Source: Spirulina sp. | GTDB taxonomy: Bacteria > Cyanobacteriota > Cyanobacteriia > Phormidesmidales > Phormidesmidaceae | Reading direction: 5' to 3' | Assembly: GCA_044070495.1 (NCBI GenBank) | Contig: JBIPSI010000002.1 | Coordinates: 1 to 64,000 of the forward strand | Length of the DNA stretch: 64,000 nucleotides | Part shown: positions 11,021 through 19,287 of the stretch, in pieces | Layout: every line of letters starts with the position of its first letter | Numbering within the stretch: position 1 is the first letter of the stretch | The notes under the pieces: model-generated | What the model saw: the letters and a program-made list of their open reading frames with translations, nothing else | Databases searched by the model: none | Told to the model about the DNA's origin: nothing | Program-made: the position numbers and the translations under genes

Positions 11021-11256
11021 GTGCAGTTGTCCTCAACCTGGCAAACATTATCCTCGATCATCATACACAATTGCCATTCATTTGCATTAGCTGCGGGCGA
11101 TTGGCGAGAATTTTCGGGAGGGGTGTTTGTTGAAGGTGGAAAGGTTGGTTTCGGATTTCCTGTCAAATGACTTGAATTCAATGCTTTGCAGGCGTTTTTG
11201 TGGTCCTGATTCCATGGAGTTCTTGACAAGGGGGTACAAATCAGGGTGAATACTAT

Positions 11257-11273
11257 TTGACAGTAATTTTCAA
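11257..11273. promoter_or_regulatory. Candidate Fur box between tonB and exbB
   Basis: TTGACAGTAATTTTCAA, an imperfect 7-1-7 palindrome resembling TGATAATnATTATCA, just upstream of exbB. Confidence 0.5.
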
Positions 11274-11280
11274 TAATTCC

Positions 11281-11928
11281 ATGGGTACTATGTTTGCGGC
11301 GGGCGGCATCGTCATGTGGCCCCTGCTGGGGTTTTCTATCCTGGCGATCACCTTAATTGTTGAGCGATCCCTGTTTTGGATGCGAGTCAACCGCCGCCAG
11401 CGGCCTGTCATGCAGGATATTCTGCGCACCTATCGGCAAGCGCCCGTGGATGTGTACCCCAAGCTGAAGCAAAACGCTGACCTCCCCATCGCCCGAATTT
11501 TCCTAGAGGCGCTAGAGATTGAAGGGGCCAGTCCTAACCAGTTTCACCTCGCCCTGGCCAGTGCTATGCAGGCCGAACTACCCCACCTGCGCCGCTTCAA
11601 CACCGTGTTTGCCACCATCATCAGCGTCGCCCCCCTGTTGGGGCTTTTGGGCACCATTTTGGGACTAATTCGATCCTTTGCCGCCCTGCAATTGGGAGAC
11701 ATGGCCGCCAATGCCAGTACCGTGACTGGAGGCATCAGCGAGGCTCTGGTATCCACCGCTGCTGGTCTGGTGGTGGCGATTTTCACCCTCCTGTTTGCCA
11801 ACCTGTTTCGTGGTCTCTATAAGCGCCAGATTGCCCTAATTCAGGAATACGGTGGACAGCTCGAAATCCTCTACGAAACCCACTACGAACGCCAGCGCTC
11901 CATCAAGGAAAACTCGTTCATAGGATAG
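11281..11928 (+). CDS. exbB: MotA/TolQ/ExbB proton channel protein
   Basis: GGIVMWPL, APLLGLLGTILG, GISEALVSTAAGL motifs. Confidence 0.9.
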   Translation: MGTMFAAGGIVMWPLLGFSILAITLIVERSLFWMRVNRRQRPVMQDILRTYRQAPVDVYPKLKQNADLPIARIFLEALEIEGASPNQFHLALASAMQAELPHLRRFNTVFATIISVAPLLGLLGTILGLIRSFAALQLGDMAANASTVTGGISEALVSTAAGLVVAIFTLLFANLFRGLYKRQIALIQEYGGQLEILYETHYERQRSIKENSFIG

Positions 11929-11947
11929 GTGCCCTCACCCCCACAAG

Positions 11948-11982
11948 CCCCCATCCCCCCATCCCCCCATCCCCCCACCCCC
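11948..11982 (+). repeat. Short tandem CCCCATCC-type repeats
   Basis: C-rich octamer repeats between exbB and exbD, a type common in filamentous cyanobacteria. Confidence 0.6.
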
Positions 11983-12390
11983 ATGTCCTACCTGCCCGAA
12001 GAACCCGAAGAAGACTTTGAACTCAACATCGTGCCGATGATCGATGTCATCTTTGCGATTTTGACCTTCTTTATTATTTCCAGCCTGTTTCTCACCCGGT
12101 CGGAATCGCTGCCCGTGAACCTGCCCAAGGCGGCCACGGCAGAACTGCAACAGCGCACGCGGATTACCGTCACCATCGAGGCGTCTGGAGATTTGGCCCT
12201 AAACCGGGAAGCGATTGCCCTGGAAGACTTACAAGCCGAAGTGCGCGACCTGATGGGCGAGACTCAGGAATCGGTGGTGGTGATTAGTGCCGACGAGGCT
12301 GTGAGCCACGGGCGGGTGGTGGCGGTGATGGATGAACTACGGGCCATCGAGGGGGCCACCCTGGGCATTGCCACCCAGCGGGGAGAGTAG
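11983..12390 (+). CDS. exbD: Biopolymer transporter ExbD
   Basis: LNIVPMIDVIFAIL, ADEAVSHGRVVAVMD; ATG 11983. Confidence 0.9.
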   Translation: MSYLPEEPEEDFELNIVPMIDVIFAILTFFIISSLFLTRSESLPVNLPKAATAELQQRTRITVTIEASGDLALNREAIALEDLQAEVRDLMGETQESVVVISADEAVSHGRVVAVMDELRAIEGATLGIATQRGE

Positions 12391-12533
12391 GGCCATGGCT
12401 GAAATGACGCCGCAATCATCGCGACCATCCCAAAAACTATCGACGATATTGAATACCCGGCAACCCAACACATTCCACAGACGGGCTAGGGTGATGGATA
12501 GTCAATAAATAATCCTTAATGAGGACATAAACC

Positions 12534-12968
12534 ATGCGCGATCTCGATACGCCATCCACCATAGAACTGCTCAACCAAATTATGGAATTTGAGCTGGCCG
12601 GAGTGGTGCGCTACACCCACTATTCCCTGATGGTGACCGGGCCAAACCGGATTCCCATCGTGGCATTTTTCAAGGCCCAGGCCGGAGAATCGCTACTCCA
12701 TGCCCAGGAGGCCGGGGAGATTATCACCGGGCTAGAAGGCCACCCCAGCCAGCGCATTGCCCCCATTGAAGAAACCCACCGCCATGGGGTGAAGGATCTG
12801 CTGCAAGAGAGCCTGAACCACGAACAAAAAGCCCTGGATATGTATAAGCAACTCCTGGGCGTGGTGGAAAATGCCAGCGTTTACCTAGAGGAGTTTGCCC
12901 GCACCAAAATTGGCCAAGAGGAACTCCACAACCTGGAAATCAAAAAGATGTTGCGAGACTTTAGCTAA
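12534..12968 (+). CDS. Ferritin-like / bacterioferritin-family protein
   Basis: ELAGVVRY, ESLLHA, HEQKAL, EELH di-iron four-helix-bundle pattern; GAGGA RBS. Confidence 0.75.
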   Translation: MRDLDTPSTIELLNQIMEFELAGVVRYTHYSLMVTGPNRIPIVAFFKAQAGESLLHAQEAGEIITGLEGHPSQRIAPIEETHRHGVKDLLQESLNHEQKALDMYKQLLGVVENASVYLEEFARTKIGQEELHNLEIKKMLRDFS

Positions 12969-14014
12969 TGGTGACCCTGACCCGCCCCCCCAAACAGCCT
13001 GATTCTCAACTCCGTCCCCAACGGTGGCCCGTCCGCACGGTGATGGCCCTAGCGGCCTTGCTTCTGGGGTTAACCCTGGTAGTGGGGCTGTCCCTCACCC
13101 AGGGTTCCGTAGCCATGACGGGGCCAGAAATGTGGGCCGCTCTGCTGCGTCAGGGCGACACCACCCACCAGGTGATTCTGTGGGATCTACGGCTGCCTCG
13201 GCTGGTGGCGGCGCTGCTGGTGGGGGCGGCCTTGGGGGTGTCGGGGGCGTTGCTCCAGGGCATGTTGCGCAACGGCTTGGCCAGTCCCTTTTTGCTGGGG
13301 ATTTCCTCCGGGGCGGGGCTGGTGGTGGTGCTGGTTGTCACCCTGGGCATTTGGCAGATGTGGGTGCCACTAGGGGCGTGGCTGGGGGCAATTTTGACGA
13401 CGGCCCTAGTCTACCTCTTGGCCTACCAGCGGGGGCGGCTCTCCGTGGAGCGTCTGATTTTGGGCGGGGTGGCCTTCAGTTCCTTCTTTGGGGCGATCCA
13501 GTCCCTCCTGCTGCTGATGGCACGGGATGGCCGGATCCAGGCGGCGTTGAACTGGCTGATCGGCAGCTTTAACGGGCGCGGCTGGGCGGAGGTGCGCCTC
13601 GTGGGGCCAGCGATGATCCTGGCTTTAGGGATGGCCTGCCTACTGGCGCGACAGGTGAACCTGCTCAACCTGGGTGATGACCTGGCGGTGGGGTTGGGCA
13701 CCTCCCTGGTGCGATCTCGCCTGTTGATTGGCGCAGCGGCCACCTTCCTCGCCGCCGGAGCCGCCAGCATTGCCGGACTGGTGGGCTTTGTGGGGTTGAT
13801 TGTGCCCCACGGGGTGCGCCTGCTGGTGGGCACCGACTATCGCCTAGTGCTGCCCTTTTCGGCCCTGGGGGGTGCCCTGGTGCTGTCGGCGGCGGATTTG
13901 GCGGCTCGATCTGGCCCCGTGGAGTTGCCCGTTGGCGTGGTCACTGCCTTTTTGGGTGCGCCCGTGTTTATTTGGCTGCTGTATCGCCGCCGTGGAAGCC
14001 AAGGAGGACATTGA
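12968..14014 (+). CDS. FecCD-family iron-chelate ABC permease
   Basis: LRLPRL, RNGLASPFLLGISSGA, GFVGLIVPH, ELPVG motifs. Confidence 0.9.
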   Translation: MVTLTRPPKQPDSQLRPQRWPVRTVMALAALLLGLTLVVGLSLTQGSVAMTGPEMWAALLRQGDTTHQVILWDLRLPRLVAALLVGAALGVSGALLQGMLRNGLASPFLLGISSGAGLVVVLVVTLGIWQMWVPLGAWLGAILTTALVYLLAYQRGRLSVERLILGGVAFSSFFGAIQSLLLLMARDGRIQAALNWLIGSFNGRGWAEVRLVGPAMILALGMACLLARQVNLLNLGDDLAVGLGTSLVRSRLLIGAAATFLAAGAASIAGLVGFVGLIVPHGVRLLVGTDYRLVLPFSALGGALVLSAADLAARSGPVELPVGVVTAFLGAPVFIWLLYRRRGSQGGH

Positions 14015-14015
14015 C

Positions 14016-14852
14016 ATGCCCCTAGAATCACGCAATTTATCCGGCGGCTACGATCAGTCGCCCATCGTCCACCACGTTAATTTGGCGGTGGAACCCGGAG
14101 AGTGGCTCTGCCTCGTGGGGGCCAACGGCTCTGGCAAATCCACCCTGCTGCGGTTGCTCAGCCGCATTTTGAAACCCCAGGGCGGCAGTGTTCTGCTCTG
14201 TGGACGAGATATTCACGAGCTTTCCCCCACGGCCATTGCCCAGCGGTTGGCCCTGTTGCCCCAGCAGCAAACCCTACCCGACGGCCTCACCGTCCACCAA
14301 CTCGTCAGCCTGGGCCGATCTCCCCATCAACCCTGGTGGCAGTGGGATTTAGACCGCGAGAGCCTACGCCAAGTCGATCAGGCCCTCCGTTGGACAGAAA
14401 TTGCCCACTACCGAGATCGACCCGTGGCGGATCTCTCCGGCGGCGAACGTCAGCGGGCATTTTTGGCCCTGGCCCTAGCCCAAAATCCCCAGGTGTTGCT
14501 GCTGGATGAACCCACCACCTTTTTAGACATCCACTACCAACTCCAGCTTTTAGAACTGCTGAAGCGGCTGAACCGCGACCAATCTCTCTCGATCATCACC
14601 GTGCTGCACGACATCAACCTCGCCGCCCGCTACGGGGATCGCATGGCCATGCTGCGGCAGGGTCGCCTCTGGGCCGTTGGCCCCCCTGCCGAGGTGCTCA
14701 CCCCCGATAATTTGCGGGCCGTCTTTCAGGTGGAGGTCGAGATTTTTTCCACCCCCTTCGGCCAACAGGTCTTCCCCCTCGCCGCCAGCGTCGCCAGTCC
14801 AGAAACCGAGCGCCCAGCCAAAGCAGAGCTAGAAGCAGCGGGCGAACGCTAA
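14016..14852 (+). CDS. FecE-like iron-chelate ABC ATP-binding protein
   Basis: GANGSGKST, LSGGERQR, LLLDEPT; AGGAGG RBS before ATG 14016. Confidence 0.9.
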   Translation: MPLESRNLSGGYDQSPIVHHVNLAVEPGEWLCLVGANGSGKSTLLRLLSRILKPQGGSVLLCGRDIHELSPTAIAQRLALLPQQQTLPDGLTVHQLVSLGRSPHQPWWQWDLDRESLRQVDQALRWTEIAHYRDRPVADLSGGERQRAFLALALAQNPQVLLLDEPTTFLDIHYQLQLLELLKRLNRDQSLSIITVLHDINLAARYGDRMAMLRQGRLWAVGPPAEVLTPDNLRAVFQVEVEIFSTPFGQQVFPLAASVASPETERPAKAELEAAGER

Positions 14853-14878
14853 GCAACCCGTGATTCTGGACAAGACCC

Positions 14879-14906
14879 GTAGGGTGCATTCGCGAAGCAA
14901 TGCACC
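14879..14906 (+). repeat. GTAG-type REP-like palindrome
   Basis: GTAG GGTGCATT cgcgaagc AATGCACC. Confidence 0.65.
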
Positions 14907-14953
14907 TCTAGACTTCAACCCATAACCCTTGATTTCTCGTGAGGAGTATAGAG

Positions 14954-17527
14954 ATGTTTCAGCGTTTTTTATTGAGAATTTTTCTTGTTTGTGCCTCCCC
15001 ATTCTTGCTAATCCCGATCTGGGATATCGCCCATAAAAGCTCTGCTGATATCGGATTTACTGAGGATTTCAACGCAATATCCTTGAAATCTAATGACTCT
15101 GGCTCGCAATTACTAGCCCTGGCAACTGAGCCCGAAGCAAGCCCTACTTCAGCAGAGCCCATCCCATCAGGCGAGGCTCAGCCGTCCCCCTTGTTGATGG
15201 AACTAGAACCCGCCGAAACCACCAGCCAAGCCCTGATGCCCCCTCCTGCCCCTGAGGGTGTCCCTGATGCCCCCGCCATCTCTCAATCTGGGAACACATC
15301 GGGACAGGAGCCTGAAAACGAAGCTGACGCTAACGCTGGGGACGGGATGGGCGATGAGTCCATCGACGTGGAATTTACCCCCGGCGACACCCTGCGCATC
15401 ACCGTCACCGGAACCCGCACCCCCCGCGAGGTAGACGACCTGCCCGCCACCGTCACCGTGTTTGATTTGGAGGATCTGGAGTTCTACCAAATTGAGGGCC
15501 TAGGCGACCTGCTGCGCTACGAACCAGGGGTCTCTGCCGGGGGAGCCCTCCAGCGCTACGGCACCCAAAGCGTTAATATTCGCGGCATTGAGGGCAACCG
15601 GATTCTCTTTCAGCTCGATGGCATTCGTCTGCCCGACCAGTTTTCCTTTGGGGGGGCACCACCGCGTGGGTTTCGGGTGGGCCGGGGCGACTATGTAGAC
15701 TTCTCCACCCTGCAAGCGGTGGAAGTACTGCGTGGCCCAGCCTCCACCCTCTACGGCAGCGATGCCCTGGGCGGGGTGATTTCCTTCCGTTCCTTGCAGC
15801 CCAGCGATTTGTTAGGGCCAGAGGATACCTTTGCCGGAGATGTGGGCAGCCTCTACACCAGCGCTGTGGGTGGGTTTGATTCGGCGGCAAGGCTGGCCTT
15901 TCGCAACGACGACCTAGAAAGCGTGTTTGTGGTCAGCCGTCGCGATGCCCGCGAACGCAGCAACTTTGCCCCGCCAGAATTCACCGACAGCATCGACATC
16001 GGCGACACCAACCTCTATGGCAACATCGTCTACGTTCCCGATGAAGTCAGTAGCCTCAGCCTCATTTTAGAGGACATCAACCGCCGCACCGACTACGTGT
16101 TAGCTCCAGGCAACGTCGATCCCCTCGCCCTCAGCACCAATGGCGAAAACCGCATCGACCGCACCCGCCTCAGCCTCACCTACGAGTTTGACGATCCCGA
16201 TAGCGACTCCTTCCTGCAATTTGCTAGGGGCCAGCTTTATTACCAAACCGCCAACACCACTGAGATTGTCCAAGAAATTCGCCCTACGGGGGTCGGCCCA
16301 GGATTTGCAGGCTCTAGGGTACGGCGCGATAGCAACAACCAGTTCATCAGCAATATCTATGGCGGCGATATTCAACTGCGTAGCGATTTCACGACGGGCA
16401 ATATTGATCACCGCCTCACCTACGGGGTAGATGTGTCCCAAACCTTTAACTCTCGTCCGCGAGATCGCACCCAAACTAACCTCACCACCGGAGCCACCAC
16501 CAATGTCTTTGGTACCGGGGCCGATTCTGTCTTTCCCATCAAAGACTTTGCCGATGCCAACACCCTGCGCCTGGGCTTCTATGTGCAGGATGAAATGGAA
16601 ATGGGGCCGCTGAGTGTGATTGCTGGACTGCGCTTTGATCACTACGATCTACAAACCATTGACGACGGCATCTTTCGCGGCGAAACCGTCGATTTAACTA
16701 CCTCAGCCCTATCTCCCCGGCTGGCGGTGATCTATGACGCTACCCCCGAAATCTCGTTCTATGGCCAATATGCCCGTGGTTTTCGGGCACCAATTTACAG
16801 CGAAATTACCGGAGGGTTTACTAACCTAGCTGGAGCTTTTTTTAAGTACGAAACCCTGTCTAACCCAGACCTTCAGCCCGAATCGAGCAACAGCTTTGAA
16901 ATTGGCGTACGGGGCAACTTTCCCCAGTTTGATTTGCGCCTTACTGGGTTCTACAACACCTACAACAATTTCATCGCTGCCGAACAATTGGTGGGTACCC
17001 GCTGTTTAATTCCTGCCCCCGTTTGTCCGCCTACCCAGCGGGTCAGCCAGTTTCAATCCATCAACATTGGCAGCGCCCGTATCTATGGGGTGGAATTGGG
17101 GGGTGAATACCGTTTTAGCCCCGGCACCGATGGCTTTAGTCTGCTGGCCAGTCTGGCCTTTGCCCAGGGCGATGACACCACCACCAACCGACCCCTCAAT
17201 ACCGTGGATCCCTTCAGCGCCGTGGCAGGTCTGCGCTACCAGGCCCCCGAAAATCAGTGGCGGGCCGAACTGATTGGCACCTTTGCAGGCCGTGCCCGCG
17301 TAGCCGAAGACAATACCAACTTTGTGCCCGATGCCTACGCCTTGGTAGATGCGATTGGAGCCTATAACATCACCCCTAACCTGGGCATTAGCCTGGGACT
17401 TTATAACCTGTTAGATACGGAATACTACCAGTATTCCGAAGTGCGAGATCGTCCCAACAATGAAGCGATTTCTCAATTTAGCCAAGCCGGAAGAAATGTA
17501 AGACTGGGGGTGAGCTATCGGTTTTAG
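14954..17527 (+). CDS. TonB-dependent receptor, heme/hemoglobin-receptor-like
   Basis: GAGGAG RBS, signal peptide, TVTGTR TonB box, RGPASTLYGSDALGG plug, FRAP and NPDL motifs, C-terminal YRF. Confidence 0.88.
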   Translation: MFQRFLLRIFLVCASPFLLIPIWDIAHKSSADIGFTEDFNAISLKSNDSGSQLLALATEPEASPTSAEPIPSGEAQPSPLLMELEPAETTSQALMPPPAPEGVPDAPAISQSGNTSGQEPENEADANAGDGMGDESIDVEFTPGDTLRITVTGTRTPREVDDLPATVTVFDLEDLEFYQIEGLGDLLRYEPGVSAGGALQRYGTQSVNIRGIEGNRILFQLDGIRLPDQFSFGGAPPRGFRVGRGDYVDFSTLQAVEVLRGPASTLYGSDALGGVISFRSLQPSDLLGPEDTFAGDVGSLYTSAVGGFDSAARLAFRNDDLESVFVVSRRDARERSNFAPPEFTDSIDIGDTNLYGNIVYVPDEVSSLSLILEDINRRTDYVLAPGNVDPLALSTNGENRIDRTRLSLTYEFDDPDSDSFLQFARGQLYYQTANTTEIVQEIRPTGVGPGFAGSRVRRDSNNQFISNIYGGDIQLRSDFTTGNIDHRLTYGVDVSQTFNSRPRDRTQTNLTTGATTNVFGTGADSVFPIKDFADANTLRLGFYVQDEMEMGPLSVIAGLRFDHYDLQTIDDGIFRGETVDLTTSALSPRLAVIYDATPEISFYGQYARGFRAPIYSEITGGFTNLAGAFFKYETLSNPDLQPESSNSFEIGVRGNFPQFDLRLTGFYNTYNNFIAAEQLVGTRCLIPAPVCPPTQRVSQFQSINIGSARIYGVELGGEYRFSPGTDGFSLLASLAFAQGDDTTTNRPLNTVDPFSAVAGLRYQAPENQWRAELIGTFAGRARVAEDNTNFVPDAYALVDAIGAYNITPNLGISLGLYNLLDTEYYQYSEVRDRPNNEAISQFSQAGRNVRLGVSYRF

Positions 17528-17550
17528 AAAGAGGATCGAATAAATCCTGT

Positions 17551-17626
17551 GTAGGATGGGTTAGCGTCAGCGTAACGCATTAGTGACTAGACTCATACGT
17601 GTTCCGCAGTTGTCAACGCATCCTAC
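17551..17626. repeat. GTAG REP / REPIN-like element
   Basis: GTAGGATG...CATCCTAC outer inverted ends with an internal GGGTTA...TAAC hairpin. Confidence 0.55.
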
Positions 17627-17639
17627 CAGCTTCTACAGG

Positions 17640-17855
17640 CTAAGGATTCACCCATGCTAGCGATAACTTTCGTTGCGACTTCATGCAGTCCTGCAAATAC
17701 AGATTCATGAGACTTTGGTAAGGAATCCCTGTTTCCTCGGCCAATTCCTTGAAGTAATCAATGACTTTCGATTCTAGACGGATGGTGATTTGTTTCTTCA
17801 GCTTCTTGGTGTAAGGATTTTTAATTGAATCAGAAAAATCGTACTCATCTCCCAT
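17640..17855 (-). CDS. BrnA-family antitoxin
   Basis: EYDFS..KNPY..KQITIRL..VIDYFK..GIPYQSLMNLYL signature. Confidence 0.8.
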   Translation of the reverse strand: MGDEYDFSDSIKNPYTKKLKKQITIRLESKVIDYFKELAEETGIPYQSLMNLYLQDCMKSQRKLSLAWVNP

Positions 17856-17940
17856 GGCAAAAGCTCCAATAGCTAAGCTCTTCTTTCTTCGTGGCTCTGC
17901 GAGCAGAAATGATGCGAATCACCTCATCATTTCGACAATG
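17845..17940 (-). pseudogene. 3' remnant of a BrnT-family toxin
   Basis: Minus strand reads HCRNDEVIRIISARRATKKEELSYWSFCHGR*; IRIISAR.A motif; no usable start (in-frame TAG just upstream); overlaps the brnA start. Confidence 0.75.
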
Positions 17941-17996
17941 TAACTACATTGTAGTTTCTCCGATCCAATCGTCTCACTAGCCTCTGATATCCCTAC

Positions 17997-18055
17997 ACCC
18001 ATCCACCTTCAAACCCATCCACCTTCAAACCTGTCCACCCTACAACCCTCCACCC
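17997..18055 (+). repeat. 16-bp tandem repeat ACCCATCCACCTTCAA (2 exact + 2 degenerate copies)
   Basis: Seen directly upstream of the binding-protein ATG. Confidence 0.7.
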
Positions 18056-18904
18056 ATGAAACGCTCCCTCTTCTTCCCCCTTCTCCTGCTCCCCCTAGCC
18101 GCCTGTAGTGGTCAAGATACCCCCATGGCCGAAGCGCCTACCGATGCATCCGAAACCCGGATTGTGGCCCTTACGTCCCTCACCGCCGACCTGGTGCAAA
18201 CCCTGGAGAGTGAGGCACTGGTGGGCATTCCCGGTAATGAACTACTGCGGGGGGATGATCGGTTTGCCGATTTGCCCACGGTTAGCGAGGGGCGCACCGA
18301 GCCGGATTTAGAACAAATTGTGGCCCTAGAGCCGACCCTGGTGATTGGCGCAGCGGGGTTTCACGACCGCGCCCTCCAGCGGTTGGAGGAATTGGGCACC
18401 CCCACCCTCACCACCGAGGTCAACGGTTGGGGCGACCTGCGCGATCTCACTACCACATTGGCGACTACCCTAGAGGCCGACCCGCAACCGTTGCTAGATC
18501 GCTACGACGCCTGTTTGGCCCAAGCCCCAACGGACAGCCCTTCTACCCTGGTGTTGGTCAGTCGTCAGCCGTTGCTTAGCCCCAACAAAACGAGCTGGGC
18601 CGGAGATTTTCTGGCCCAGTTTAAGGTGAACAATGTAGCCGCCGATCTCCAAGGGGAAAGCCCCTTCGACGGTTACATCACCCTGCCAGAGGAGAAGGTG
18701 CTGGCGGCGAATCCTGATGTATTGCTAGTGGTGGATGCCGGGGAAAATTTGCTGGAGCAACTCAAGGGCGAACCCTTTTGGGGACAGATCCAAGCGACTC
18801 AGCAGGGGCAGGTACACAGCTTTGACTATTTCGGCCTAGTCAACCCCGGCAGTATCGCCAGCATTGAGCGTACCTGTGAGCAGTTGGGCGGGTTGTTTGA
18901 TTAG
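18056..18904 (+). CDS. Iron-chelate ABC substrate-binding lipoprotein
   Basis: LAAC lipobox, RIVALT, PDLEQIVALEPTLVI, NPDVLL. Confidence 0.85.
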   Translation: MKRSLFFPLLLLPLAACSGQDTPMAEAPTDASETRIVALTSLTADLVQTLESEALVGIPGNELLRGDDRFADLPTVSEGRTEPDLEQIVALEPTLVIGAAGFHDRALQRLEELGTPTLTTEVNGWGDLRDLTTTLATTLEADPQPLLDRYDACLAQAPTDSPSTLVLVSRQPLLSPNKTSWAGDFLAQFKVNNVAADLQGESPFDGYITLPEEKVLAANPDVLLVVDAGENLLEQLKGEPFWGQIQATQQGQVHSFDYFGLVNPGSIASIERTCEQLGGLFD

Positions 18905-19030
18905 GGGCATAATCGTCCCGGAATTTCATCAGAAACATGATCGTCCCGGCAAGGGCCAAATCTCTGAAACCATTCGATTTTTGAAATAACGAGCGATCTG
19001 GAACGGCTCAGGTCTTTGACCCATAAAAAT

Positions 19031-19096
19031 AAATCCCAGGGGTGGCTTAGGACTTGGCGAAATGCTTCGCGGAGGTTCTAAGCTCCCTGGGATTTT
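19031..19096. terminator. Long hairpin, probable bidirectional terminator
   Basis: AAATCCCAGGG..GCTTAGGACTT..GCGAA/TTCGC..AGGTTCTAAGC..CCCTGGGATTTT between convergent genes. Confidence 0.55.
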
Positions 19097-19110
19097 GGTG
19101 AGTTAGGCCG

Positions 19111-19241
19111 TTGGCTGACTGACAAAAGATTCTGTGTCGGGCGCGAAAACCGCGCCCTTACAGTATTTGGTTTCATGTAGGAGTAAGGTCTCCTGACCCT
19201 CTGAAAGATACGGGTTCCAGCGAGTTTTGTCAGTCAATCAG
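19111..19241. mobile_element. MITE with IS4-like ends (family A, copy 1)
   Basis: 17-bp TIRs (..CTGACTGACAAAA / TTTTGTCAGTCAATCAG); homologous over its length to 29012-29151 in reverse orientation. Confidence 0.75.
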
Positions 19242-19287
19242 GCTAAGCCATTATGCTCGGCGTTGCCCCTTTTAGAGAGCAAGCACA

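Noticed and set aside
13872..14015. N-terminal extension of the ABC ATPase
   Set aside because: Overlaps the permease; ATG 14016 has a strong RBS
14969..14990. Fur-box-like TTATTGAGAATTTTTCTTG
   Set aside because: Lies inside the probable signal-peptide coding region and only one half-site is good
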